Source of the DNA: Vulcanimicrobiota bacterium
GTDB lineage: Bacteria > Vulcanimicrobiota > Vulcanimicrobiia > Vulcanimicrobiales > Vulcanimicrobiaceae
DNA length: 64,000 nt
Direction of reading: 5' to 3'
Assembly (NCBI GenBank): GCA_963695225.1
Contig: OY968762.1
Coordinates: forward strand, 1,216,001-1,280,000
Shown here one piece after another: positions 26,251 to 36,800 of the stretch (the first letter of the stretch is position 1; every line of letters starts with the position of its first letter). Position numbers and translations under genes: made by a program. The notes beneath the pieces are model-generated. The model saw only the letters and a list, made by a program, of their open reading frames with translations, was not told the DNA's origin and ran no database searches.

Positions 26251-26790
26251 CTATTGCGGTATTGTGATACGGATGGATTCAAACGGCGACTTCGCGTTGC
26301 ACGTGGAGCAGACCACGAGGATCTTCGCCGGCACGAAGTCTTTGTCGACGGGGAAGAAGGCGACTTGCTTTTGGGCGGCGCCTTGCAGAATGTTGAGATT
26401 TGCGTGGGTGTAGTCCGCAGTTGGAACCTGCACGGCGACGTCGTCCTTGTCCGCGAACGTGTACTCGATCAGGTCGATGAACGGACTCGTCGTGCCGTTG
26501 CGGATGACGGCGGTGAACGTCAGGACCTTCTGCCCGGGATTCGGGAGGAGCTTCGCGGCTTCTTCCGCCGTCGCTTCGCGCACGTCGGAGATCGTGATGC
26601 GGACCGCGCCGTTCCAGATCGTCTGGCCGACCGTCCCCGAAACGGCCTTCACTTGGTTCGCGCCGCCGGGAAGCGGCGTCGGCGCCGCGCTCGCGGCAAC
26701 CGTTGTCGCCAGCACGGCAACGATCGCCGCCGCGAAGCACGTGCGGCCTGCGGGGGCGGGTCCCGGACCGGTCGATCGACGATGGTTCAT
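26251..26790 (-). CDS. Secreted hypothetical protein (Ig-like beta-sandwich candidate, C-terminal CxxC)
   Basis: Signal peptide AAAIVAVLATTVAASA; VLTFTAVIRNG; VCSTC. Confidence 0.7.
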   Translation of the reverse strand: MNHRRSTGPGPAPAGRTCFAAAIVAVLATTVAASAAPTPLPGGANQVKAVSGTVGQTIWNGAVRITISDVREATAEEAAKLLPNPGQKVLTFTAVIRNGTTSPFIDLIEYTFADKDDVAVQVPTADYTHANLNILQGAAQKQVAFFPVDKDFVPAKILVVCSTCNAKSPFESIRITIPQ

Positions 26791-27079
26791 GCGCGCTTGC
26801 CTCCAAACGTTCGAGCGGTAAATTCCGGCAATGGTGCCATAAGAGCGCAGAGAACGCACGATTCGATCGGCCCAGGCGGGTACGTCCGCGCCGGGCTCGC
26901 TTCGGTGATCTCGCTCCCCGGGGCCGCGATCGCATCTGCGCCTTGGATCACCGTCACGCGACCGTGAACGTTCGGAGGTGCCGGAACGTCATACGTGCAG
27001 GCACGATTGAATCTCCACGGTTGGGTGGGAGCACTCGTACTCCCGTGCTGCGGCGGGTGCCTGTCAGAAAGCCGGATTG

Positions 27080-28555
27080 ATGCTGATTCTTGTTACCGGA
27101 GCAACCGGGTACATCGGAGGACGCCTCGTTCCCCGCCTGATCGAGGCCGGGCATGCCGTTCGCTGCGTCGTGCGGGATCCTGCCCGAGTCGGCGGCCGCT
27201 TTCCCGGAGTCGAAATCGTGGCCGGAGACGTCTTCGACCGCGCTTCGATCGAACGCGCGATGGCCGGCGTCGACGCCGCGTACTATCTCATCCACTCGAT
27301 GAGCGAAGCGACGCGCGACTTCGCGGCGAGCGACCGCGAGGCGGCCGGCATCTTCGCGGCGGCGGCCCGCACGACCGGATTGCGCCGCATCATTTACCTG
27401 GGCGGGCTCGGCGACGATGCGGACGCGCTCTCGCATCACCTGCACAGCCGTCACGAAGTCGGCGACGTGCTGCGCACGAGCGGCGCCGTCGTCACCGAAT
27501 TCCGCGCCGCGATCATCATCGGCTCGGGGAGCGCTTCGTTCGAGATGATGCGTTACCTGACCGACCGCCTACCGGTCATGATCGCGCCGAAGTGGGTCGA
27601 AACGCGCTGCCAGCCGATCGCGGTGCGCGACGTGCTGGCGTATCTCTGCGAGGAGCTGCATCGCGAGCCGCGGGAGAACGCGATCTTCGAGATCGCGGGG
27701 CCGGACGTTCTCTCGTACCGGGAGATGATGCTCGGGTACGCGGGTATCCGAGGCCTCTCTCGCCGGCTCGTCGTCGTCCCGTTCTTTACGCCGGGGCTCT
27801 CCGCCGGCTGGGTCCATCTCGTCACGCCGATCCCCGCTTCCATCGCGCGCCCGCTCATCGAAGGGCTCTTCAACGAAGTCGTCGTCCGCGACGACCGGGC
27901 CCTTCGCGAGTTCTCAGTGAAACCGCTCGGATTCGACGAAGCGGTGCGCCGCGCGCTCGACCGCTACGGCGCGGCGGGGCCGGAGACGACGTGGTTCGAC
28001 GCGTTCGACGCGCGCTCGCTCCCCGGCGAGTTCGCGGGCCTCACCGAGGGAATGCTCGTCGACCGGCGCGAGTGCGCCTCCGGCGCTTCCCCGCGGGCGC
28101 TCTTCGACACGTTCGCGAGCCTCGGCGGGACGAAGGGCTGGCTCTACGCGGATTGGCTGTGGGAATTGCGCGGCGCGCTCGACCGCCTCGCCGGAGGCTG
28201 CGGAACGCGGCGCGGGCGGCGTTCGCAAACCGACCTGCGCGCCGGCGACGCAATCGATTTCTGGCGCGTCGAAGCGTACGAGCCGGGGAAATTGCTGCGG
28301 CTGCGCGCCGAAATGCGCTTGCCCGGCTCTGCTTGGTTGCAATTCGAAGCGCTCCCGCGCGCGGGCGGCTCGACGCTGCGACAGACCGCGTTCTTCGAGC
28401 CTCGCGGGCTCTTCGGGTATCTCTACTGGTACGGCGTCGCTCCGTTCCACGGCTTCGTGTTCGCAAACATGGCGAAGCGCATCGCGCTCGAAGCCGAAAC
28501 GCTCCCGGCGGAGCAACCGCGCCGCATCGTCGTTTCACCTTCCGGCGGCGCCTGA
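27080..28555 (+). CDS. NAD(P)-binding SDR + DUF2867 protein (YbjT-like)
   Basis: LVTGATGYIG, YYLIHSM, GSGSASFE, QPIAVRDV, LRAEMRLPG, PRGLFGYLYW. Confidence 0.9.
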   Translation: MLILVTGATGYIGGRLVPRLIEAGHAVRCVVRDPARVGGRFPGVEIVAGDVFDRASIERAMAGVDAAYYLIHSMSEATRDFAASDREAAGIFAAAARTTGLRRIIYLGGLGDDADALSHHLHSRHEVGDVLRTSGAVVTEFRAAIIIGSGSASFEMMRYLTDRLPVMIAPKWVETRCQPIAVRDVLAYLCEELHREPRENAIFEIAGPDVLSYREMMLGYAGIRGLSRRLVVVPFFTPGLSAGWVHLVTPIPASIARPLIEGLFNEVVVRDDRALREFSVKPLGFDEAVRRALDRYGAAGPETTWFDAFDARSLPGEFAGLTEGMLVDRRECASGASPRALFDTFASLGGTKGWLYADWLWELRGALDRLAGGCGTRRGRRSQTDLRAGDAIDFWRVEAYEPGKLLRLRAEMRLPGSAWLQFEALPRAGGSTLRQTAFFEPRGLFGYLYWYGVAPFHGFVFANMAKRIALEAETLPAEQPRRIVVSPSGGA

Positions 28556-28643
28556 CGTACCCAACGGTACCCCCGCAGAGATTCCTGAGATTTCGCCTTT
28601 CGTCACAAGGGTTGGCCCCGTCGCTCGGGTAGCATAGGGAGCA

Positions 28644-30329
28644 ATGCGGACTAACCCGACGATCGCCTATTTTTCCATGGAGATCGCCCTGGAGGCCGAC
28701 GTGCCCACCTATAGCGGTGGGCTCGGCATCCTTGCGGGCGATACCTTGCGCTCCGCCGCCGACCTCGGCGTGCCGATCGTAGCCGTCACCCTCCTATACC
28801 GTAAGGGCTACTTCGAGCAACGCCTCGCCGCCGACGGAACCCAGCGCGAGGAAAGCGTTCGCTGGGAGCCGGCGGAGCATCTCGAACGGACGCCCGCGCG
28901 CGCTGCCGTCACGCTCGAAGGCCGGACCGTTCACCTGGGCGCCTGGCTCTACCGCATCCGCGCGGAGAGCGGGCACCTCGTCCCAGTCCTGCTCTTAGAC
29001 ACCGATCTCCCCGAGAACGGCCCCTGGGACCGCACCCTCACCGATCTGCTCTACGGGGGCGACGGCCGTTACCGGCTCGCGCAGGAGATCGTCCTCGGCC
29101 TCGGCGGCCTCGCGATCCTCGAAGCGCTCGACTATCGCGAAATCCAGACTTACCACTTGAACGAAGGGCACTCGTCGCTCCTCACGCTCGGGCTGCTCGA
29201 AGAGACGATCCGCGACGGGCGGCTCGCGCCGCTGGCGGCGCGAGCACGCGTGCGCAAGGAGTGCGTGTTCACGACGCATACGCCCGTTCCGGCGGGGCAC
29301 GACAAGTTCGATCGGAAGCTCGCCGACAAGATGCTGGGCCGCGAACGCTCGGCACTGCTCGAGAAGATCGAAGCGTACCACGACGGCACGCTCAACATGA
29401 CGTATCTCGCGCTGACCTGCTGCCGCTACGTCAACGGCGTCGCGATGAAGCACGGCGAGGTCTCGCGCGCGATGTTCCCCGAGTACTCGATCCACGCGAT
29501 CACGAACGGCGTGCACGCCGCGACGTGGACCTCGCCGTCCTTCGCGGCGCTCTTCGACCGCCGCCTCCCCGAGTGGCGCCGGGACAACCTGTATCTGCGT
29601 TACGCGATGAGCATCCCGCTGCACGAGATCGAGGAAGCGCACTTGCACGCCAAACGTGCGCTGTTCGCAAAGATCCGCGAAGAGTCGGGCGTCTCGTTCG
29701 ACGAGAAGTGCTTCACGATCGGCTTCGCGCGCCGCGCGGCGCTCTACAAGCGCGCGGAGCTCTTATTCACCGACGTCGAGCGGCTGCGGCGCATCGCCGC
29801 CGAAGTCGGACCATTCCAGATCGTCTACGGCGGGAAGGCGCATCCCAGCGATGCCGGGGCGAAGGACGCAATTCGCAGAGTCTTCGCCGCGGCTGCGAAA
29901 CTCGGCAGCGACGTCAAGTTCGTGTATGTCGAGAACTACGACCTCACCTGGGGGCATCTGCTCACGAGCGGCGTCGATCTCTGGCTCAACACACCGCGCT
30001 ATCCCGAAGAAGCTTCCGGGACGAGCGGGATGAAAGCCGCGTTGAACGGCGTTCCGAGCTTCTCCGTGCGCGACGGATGGTGGGTCGAAGGGCACATCGA
30101 GGGCGTCACCGGATGGTCGATCGGCGGCGACGATCCGAGCAAAGCGAACGGCTCGGAGGCGGTCGATCTCTACACGAAGCTCGAACGCGCGATCCTCCCG
30201 CTCTATTACGGGCGGGCGCAAGGCTACGCGCACGTGATGCGCTCGGCGATCGCGCTGAACGGCTCGTTCTTCAACACGCAGCGGATGGTCGCGCAGTACG
30301 TGACGAACGCGTACGGGACGGCGGACTAG
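28644..30329 (+). CDS. glgP: Alpha-glucan (glycogen/maltodextrin) phosphorylase
   Basis: YFSME, YSGGLGILAGD, HLNEGH, FTTHTP, GKAHP, EASGTSGMKAALNG. Confidence 0.95.
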   Translation: MRTNPTIAYFSMEIALEADVPTYSGGLGILAGDTLRSAADLGVPIVAVTLLYRKGYFEQRLAADGTQREESVRWEPAEHLERTPARAAVTLEGRTVHLGAWLYRIRAESGHLVPVLLLDTDLPENGPWDRTLTDLLYGGDGRYRLAQEIVLGLGGLAILEALDYREIQTYHLNEGHSSLLTLGLLEETIRDGRLAPLAARARVRKECVFTTHTPVPAGHDKFDRKLADKMLGRERSALLEKIEAYHDGTLNMTYLALTCCRYVNGVAMKHGEVSRAMFPEYSIHAITNGVHAATWTSPSFAALFDRRLPEWRRDNLYLRYAMSIPLHEIEEAHLHAKRALFAKIREESGVSFDEKCFTIGFARRAALYKRAELLFTDVERLRRIAAEVGPFQIVYGGKAHPSDAGAKDAIRRVFAAAAKLGSDVKFVYVENYDLTWGHLLTSGVDLWLNTPRYPEEASGTSGMKAALNGVPSFSVRDGWWVEGHIEGVTGWSIGGDDPSKANGSEAVDLYTKLERAILPLYYGRAQGYAHVMRSAIALNGSFFNTQRMVAQYVTNAYGTAD

Positions 30330-31429
30330 CGTTGCGCGCGCGCGGCGCGCCGCTCCGTGACGCTCTCCGCCAACCGCTCGAGCACCCGCAGCGAATCCTC
30401 CCAGCCGAGGCACGCGTCGGTCACGCTCTGCCCGTACACGAGCGGCCGCCCGGGCACGCGATCCTGGCGCCCCGCGAGGAGGTGGGATTCGATCATCACG
30501 CCGATGATGCGCTCTTCGCCCGCGGCGAGTTGCAGCGCGACGTTCTCGGCGACCGGGATTTGGTTGGAGTGGTCCTTGCGGCTGTTCGCGTGGCTCGCGT
30601 CGATCATCACGCGAGCCGGCAAGCCGGCTCGCGCAAGCGCCTCGCAGACGCCCTGCACGCTCTCGGCGTCGTAATTCGGTTGGCGCCCGCCGCGTAGGAT
30701 CAGATGGCAATCCTCGTTCCCCGCGGTCGAAACGATCGCCGAACGGCCGCGCTTGGTGACGGAGAGGAAATGATGCGGCTGGTTCGCCGCCTTTATGGCG
30801 TCGAGCGCGATCTTGATGTTGCCGTCCGTCCCGTTCTTGAAGCCGACCGGGCACGAGAGGCCGGAGGCGAGCTCGCGATGGACCTGCGACTCCGTCGTTC
30901 GGGCTCCGATCGCTCCCCAAGAGACCAAGTCCGCGATGTACTGTGGACTGATGGTATCGAGATACTCCGTCCCCGCTGGAACGCCGAGCTCGTTGATGTC
31001 GAGCAGGAGCCCGCGAGCTTGGCGCAGGCCCGCATTGATGTCGAACGTCCCGTCCATGTGCGGGTCGTTGATGAGCCCCTTCCAGCCGACCGTCGTCCGC
31101 GGCTTCTCGAAGTAGACGCGCATGACGATTTCCAGCTCGCCCCCAAGCCGCTTGCGCTGCACCGCGAGCAAGCCCGCGTACTCGAGCGCGGCTTTGCGAT
31201 CGTGGATCGAGCACGGACCGATCACGACGACCAATCGATCGTCGACGCCGCCGAGCACGGCGTGGATCGCCTCGCGCGTCGCGAAAACGATCTCGGAAGC
31301 GGCGTCGCTACAGGGGAACGCTCGAATCAGGTGCTCGGGAGCCGTTAATTCCTTGAGCGCGCGGATGCGAAGGTCGTCCGTGTTCTTGGGGATGGCGATC
31401 ACCGGCGATGCGTCGATATCTCTGTACAT
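30326..31429 (-). CDS. aroG: Class I DAHP synthase (AroF/G/H type)
   Basis: GPCSIHD, MRVYFEKPRTTVGWKG, GARTTESQVHR, GFKNGT, DASHANS; start 31429 or GTG 31402. Confidence 0.95.
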   Translation of the reverse strand: MYRDIDASPVIAIPKNTDDLRIRALKELTAPEHLIRAFPCSDAASEIVFATREAIHAVLGGVDDRLVVVIGPCSIHDRKAALEYAGLLAVQRKRLGGELEIVMRVYFEKPRTTVGWKGLINDPHMDGTFDINAGLRQARGLLLDINELGVPAGTEYLDTISPQYIADLVSWGAIGARTTESQVHRELASGLSCPVGFKNGTDGNIKIALDAIKAANQPHHFLSVTKRGRSAIVSTAGNEDCHLILRGGRQPNYDAESVQGVCEALARAGLPARVMIDASHANSRKDHSNQIPVAENVALQLAAGEERIIGVMIESHLLAGRQDRVPGRPLVYGQSVTDACLGWEDSLRVLERLAESVTERRAARAQR

Positions 31430-31430
31430 G

Positions 31431-31464
31431 AAAAAGGCCGGATTCGCGCTGCGAAGCGGCCTTT
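31431..31464 (-). terminator. Terminator/attenuator hairpin directly upstream of aroG
   Basis: Minus strand AAAGGCCG-cttcgcagcgcgaatc-CGGCCTTTTT. Confidence 0.6.
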
Positions 31465-31509
31465 GCTGCGTTCGGCTCGGGCCCAAAAAGGCCCCCTACC
31501 GGTCCGGCC

Positions 31510-32751
31510 TCACATCTCGAGGTGCGAGAACTGCTCCCGGAACGCCGCCGGCGCGAGCGACGTATGCGCGCTGAGTGCCGAGAGTTGCGGTTCGACGAGG
31601 TCCTCCGGTTCGAGGCGGATCATGTACTTGCGCGCGACCTGGTACGCCTCGTTCGTGACGTCGACCAGGCGGATACGGACGCGCCCCGTCTTGGGATCGG
31701 TGAGTTCGGAGAGCGTCACCGGGACGACCCGCCCGCCCGAAAGCGCGACCAGCGCCCCGCTCCCGCCCCCGAGCAAGTAGCGCACGGCACCGTAGCCGAG
31801 CGTGCGCGTGTACTCGAGATCGAACGGGAGCGGCTTGGCGCAACGCAATTCGTAGCCGATATCTTTCGGCACGACCGTTCCCTTGACGCCGAGCTCCTTG
31901 AGCCGGCGGCGAATCGCATCGCGCAGCACGAATCCGACCGGAATCTCGGCCAGCGTGACGTTGCCGTACGCATCGCGCGCGATGTTCGAACCTCCGTCGA
32001 GTTCGGCGGGGTCGAGCCGCTCGACGATTCCCTCCGCGATCACCGCGACGCCGTGATCGTGCCCGCTTTCCTTGCGCTTGATCATCGCGCCGACGATCGT
32101 GTCGACGACACGCGAGAGACGAACGCGCGGCATCGCGAACTCTTCGGGGATGATCGCGAGCGTCGCGCCGGCCGCCTTGCAGATTCCCAACGCGAGAGAA
32201 CCCGACTTGCGTCCCATCGTCACCGCCAAGTACCAGCGTTCGGCGCTGCGCGCGTCCTCCATCAAGTTCTCGACGATGGCGGTTCCGACGGAACGCGCCG
32301 TTTCGAAGCCGAACGTCGGCGCGTTATCCGGCAGCGGAAGATCGTTATCGATCGTCTTGGGGACCGTCACGACGCCGATCTCTCCGGCGGTCTTCGCCGC
32401 GATTCGCGCGGCACCGTACGTCGTATCGTCGCCGCCGATGCAGATGAGATAGCGCAAACCGAGCGCGCGCAGCGATGCGACGCAGCGATCGAGCGTCGCT
32501 TCGTCCTTCGCGGGATTCGTGCGCGACGTGCGTAGAATCGACCCGCCGGAACCGTGCGAACGCGCCACGTCGTCGATCGACAACTCCGCCACGTGCGATA
32601 CGTCGCCGGCGGCGAGATGCATATACCCTTCGTAGATCCCGACGACGGTCAAGCCGCTGTTGATCGCTTCGATCGTTGCAGCCGCGATGACGCCGTTGAT
32701 CCCCGGTGCCGGGCCTCCGCCGACGAGTATGCCAAGACGTTCCTTCGCCAC
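31510..32751 (-). CDS. pfp: 6-phosphofructokinase, probably PPi-dependent
   Basis: GGGPAPGIN, GGDDT (Asp typical of PPi-Pfk), PKTIDND, MGR, GYELR. Confidence 0.9.
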   Translation of the reverse strand: MAKERLGILVGGGPAPGINGVIAAATIEAINSGLTVVGIYEGYMHLAAGDVSHVAELSIDDVARSHGSGGSILRTSRTNPAKDEATLDRCVASLRALGLRYLICIGGDDTTYGAARIAAKTAGEIGVVTVPKTIDNDLPLPDNAPTFGFETARSVGTAIVENLMEDARSAERWYLAVTMGRKSGSLALGICKAAGATLAIIPEEFAMPRVRLSRVVDTIVGAMIKRKESGHDHGVAVIAEGIVERLDPAELDGGSNIARDAYGNVTLAEIPVGFVLRDAIRRRLKELGVKGTVVPKDIGYELRCAKPLPFDLEYTRTLGYGAVRYLLGGGSGALVALSGGRVVPVTLSELTDPKTGRVRIRLVDVTNEAYQVARKYMIRLEPEDLVEPQLSALSAHTSLAPAAFREQFSHLEM

Positions 32752-33133
32752 TATCCCTCAACCCTTCGCAGCATGGTGCGCCCCTGGAATACGCCGGGCC
32801 CCCGCCCGTCTCCGTCCTATCCGGCGCATGTAATCCGGCACTTCGCGACCGTCGCAACGACGGAAAAATGTTGCACGCGCGCGCTCGATGCAAGCCATGC
32901 TACATCGCTGCTCGCGCGCAAAGCGCACGGGCGCCGCCGCCGTCCCGGGTCCGCCGGACAAGCCGTGCGCTCCGCCGGGAAACCGGGCAGAACCCTGCCG
33001 CCGCCGTAGCGTCCGCACCCTTCCGGCCCCCCGCGATGCGCAACGACGCGGGTTTTCCGCCCACGGGGCGACGGCCGCTTTGGGCCCAAAGACCCGATAG
33101 GTGGCCGCCTCGAAAGCTGGAATTTCTGCTCGC

Positions 33134-33469
33134 ATGGAAGTCCGGCTCGTCCAGCTTCTCAGTTCCTTCATTTCGGCGACGAACGACTATACTTTGGCGC
33201 GGCTCGAATACGCGATGCGGCATTCGCGAGCGGCGGCGCCCCCGTTGATACCTCGCTTGACCGACGCGTCGGCGGCGACGCTGCGTGACGAGTGGCCCGC
33301 CGTCGCGGCAGCGCTCGAGCGCGCGTTGCGCTACGTTTCGGACGCGGACGACCGGCGCGGAAAACGGGCCGTCTACGATCAGACGTTCGCCGCGCTTTCA
33401 CGCTCCACGCGGGAACTAGAACAGTACGCGCGGGCCGTACGCTGGGTCCTGGGCGTCGACCGGACCTGA
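33134..33469 (+). CDS. Hypothetical helical protein
   Basis: ATG 33134; amphipathic sequence with typical codon usage. Confidence 0.55.
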   Translation: MEVRLVQLLSSFISATNDYTLARLEYAMRHSRAAAPPLIPRLTDASAATLRDEWPAVAAALERALRYVSDADDRRGKRAVYDQTFAALSRSTRELEQYARAVRWVLGVDRT

Positions 33470-33507
33470 AAAACCCCGGCGTCAACCCTCCGGAAAAGGA
33501 ACCGTCA

Positions 33508-33879
33508 ATGACTTGGAACGAGACCCTCGAACGGCTCCTCGCGCAGTCGCGCGATCTGCAGCGTTCGATGAACGAGGCCATGAACAAGAGCGTCGAGCAG
33601 ATGCAGCCGCTGATGCGCGAGTCGCTCAAGAACGCGCAAGAGATCCAAGAAACGCTCCTCAAGCACGCCGGCGAGACCAGCCACGTCGCCGCCGAGCAAT
33701 CCAAGGTTGCGCTCGGTCATCTGCAGGAGTACATGAAGATCGGGACCGAGGCGATGCACCAAACGACCGAGCAAAGCCGAGCGGCCCTCGAGAAGATGAT
33801 CGAGCAGTCGCGCAAGGTTGCCGATGCGGCGAAGACGGCTATGGAGCAGGGACGAGGGGGCGGCTCGCCCCGTTCGTAG
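33508..33879 (+). CDS. Hypothetical amphipathic helical protein (phasin/LEA-like)
   Basis: AAAGGA RBS; Q/E/K/M/A-rich helices (EQSKVA, EQSRAA, EQSRKVA). Confidence 0.7.
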   Translation: MTWNETLERLLAQSRDLQRSMNEAMNKSVEQMQPLMRESLKNAQEIQETLLKHAGETSHVAAEQSKVALGHLQEYMKIGTEAMHQTTEQSRAALEKMIEQSRKVADAAKTAMEQGRGGGSPRS

Positions 33880-36800
33880 CCGCGGGCTCTTCCGCGTAGA
33901 GCGAGACCTTCGCGAACCGTTCGAGCGCGCGCGGCCAATCGGCGAGGACCTCCCCCGCGCGCGCCGACCCCGTGGTGACGAAGTAACGCTCTAGGAGCGC
34001 GCGCATCCGGGCCACGTCGGAATCGGTGCTCCGGGCCGGCAGCAGGCGGCAGACGGTCGGGCCGAGCGAAAGCTTCGGTCCGGCCGAGAACGCTTCGGGG
34101 AGCGTGATGAAGACGACGCCGCCGCTCATTCCGCTCGCGAAATTCTTCCCGACGGGGCCGAGGATCACGGCCATCCCCGCGGTCATGTACTCGCAGGCGT
34201 GGTCGCCCGCGCCTTCCACGACGAGTTCGGCCCCGCTGTTGCGGACGCCGAAGCGCTCGCCGGCGCCGCCATGGATGAAGCCCTCGCCTCCGCGCGCTCC
34301 GTAGAAGCATGCATTCCCCGCGACCGGTTCGGCCGGGTTTCCGAAGCCGCGCACGACGATCCGCCCGCCTTCCATTCCCTTGCCGACGTAATCGTTCGCT
34401 TCGCCTGCCAGATCGAGCGTCATGCCGTGAGTGAGGAACGCGCCGAAGCTCTGCCCCGCCGATCCGCGGTAGCGGACGGCGACGGGCTCGACGGGTTGGC
34501 CGTTCGCACGGCGGAACGCGATCTCGTGCGCGATCCGCGCTCCGACCGCGCGATCCGTGGGGGAGATCGCGAGCGGAGGTACGGCGGCGGGATCCTTGCG
34601 CGCGGCCGACCAGGGGCGCGGCACGAGGTTGTCCAGGTGCGTCGATTCCAGCGCCGGCTTCTTGATCGCTGCGGCGCGCTCGGGGAGGCGCAGGAGCGCG
34701 TTGAGCTCTACGTTCGAGAACCAATCGTTGTCGAACTCGCGGCGGCGCAAGAGGTCCGAGCGCCCGCTCACGTCGTCGAGCGAGCGCGCGCCGAGCGCCG
34801 CGAGCCGCCTGCGCACGTCGCGGGCGACGAACATCAGATAGGAGATCGCTTCGTCGGCCGTGCCCTTGAACTTCTTGCGCAACGTCTCGTCCTGCGTCGC
34901 GATCCCGACCGGGCACGTGTTTTTGTGGCATTGCCGTGCGTAGATGCAACCGAGCGCGACCAGCAGCGCCGTTCCGAAACCGTATTCGTCGGCGCCGAGC
35001 ATCGCCGCGAGCACGACGTCGCGCCCGCTCTTGAACCCGCCGTCGACGCGCAGCTTCACGCGCGAGCGCAGGCCGTTCGCGAGGAGCGCGTGATGCGTCT
35101 CCACGAGGCCGAGTTCCCAGGGCAGGCCCGCATGTTTGATCGAGGAGAGCGGCGAGGCTCCGGTCCCGCCGTCGTGTCCGCTGATGTGGATGACGTCGGC
35201 ATCGGCCTTCGCCACGCCGCTCGCGACGTAGCCGATCCCGGACTGGCTCACGAGCTTGACGGCGATGCGCGCGTGGGGCGCGGCCCGGCGCAGATCGTAG
35301 ATGAGTTGTGCGAGATCTTCGATCGAGTAGATGTCGTGGTGCGGCGGCGGCGAGATCAACGGCTGGCCGGGCGTCGATCCGCGCAACGTCGCGATCTCGA
35401 GCGTGACCTTGTGGGCGGGGATCTGCCCGCCCTCGCCGGGCTTGCTCCCCTGCGCCATCTTGATCTCGATCTCGTCGGCGCTTTCGAGGTAGCTGACGGT
35501 GAGCCCGAAGCGGCCGGAAGCGACTTGCTTGATGCGGCTGCGCGCGACGCCGGCGGCCCGCGAGTAGCGCGCGGGGTCCTCGCCGCCTTCGCCGGAATTG
35601 CTCTTCGCGCCGATCGCGTTCGTCGCGACCGCGATCGTCGAATGGACTTCCGAGGCCAGCGCTCCCAGCGACATCGCCGCCGTCACGAAGCGCTGCACGA
35701 TCGAGCTGGCCGGCTCGACTTCGTCGAGCGGGACCGCGTCGCCGCGCATCGGCTTGGCGACGAGGAGATCGCGCAGCGTGACCGGATCGCGCGCCTCCAT
35801 CTCGTCGGAGAGCTTCTCGAACGCGCCGTAATCGCCGCGCATCGCGGTCGCGCGCAGATTCTTGATCACGTTCGGATCGAACGCGTGGTGGACGCCGTCG
35901 CGCCGGTATCGGAAGAGCCCGCGTTCCGGGAGCGGCGCGCCGGCTTCGCGCGAGGCGACATACCAGTCGCGCACATCCCGTTCGAGATCGTCGAACGAGA
36001 CCGTCGGAACGTGCGCGGCGATGCCTGGGAAACAGAGCTCGACGACGTCGCGACCGAGCCCGATCGATTCGAACGTTTGCGCGCCGACGTAGGAACGAAG
36101 CGTGCAGATGCCGAGTTTCGCGAGGATCTTGAGCAGGCCGTTGCGGAGCGCGGTCAGATACGCTTTGCCCTCGCCTCCGTCGCAGGCCGCGCGCAAACCG
36201 AGCCACGGCGTGACCACGTTCGCGCCGACGGCGATCAACGCCGCGATCGCGTGCGAATCGCGCGCGGTCCCGTCGGCAACCGCAATCGAAGCCTGCATGC
36301 GCAGGCCGCGCTGGGTGAGCCGCTGGTGGATCGCGCCCGCCGCGAGCAAACAGGGGACGGTGAGCGCGTCGGCCCGGTCGTCGAGCACGATCAACGTCGT
36401 GCCGGAACGCACGGCCCGCTCCGCCTCGTCGCAGATGCCCTCTAAGCGCCCTCGCAACGATTGACCTTCGAATTCGAGCGGGATCGAGCGCTGGAACATC
36501 CGCGCGTCGAAGCGCAGCGAATCGAAATCGAGTTCCGAGAGGATCGCGCTCTCGAGGACGGCGCACGCGTGCGGGGCGGGGACGTCTCCGTTGATGTCGC
36601 CGCTCCCGACGAACGTGCGCAGATCGAAGACGAGCGCTTCGCGGATCGGATCGATCGGCGGGTTCGTGACCTGCGCGAAACGCTCGCGCAAGTACTCCGC
36701 GACCGGAAGGCTGCGCTCGAAGAACGCGAGGGCGGCATCGTCGCCCATCGAAGACGTCGGCTCGCCCGCACCCGAGGCCATCAGGCCGATGACGTCCTTA

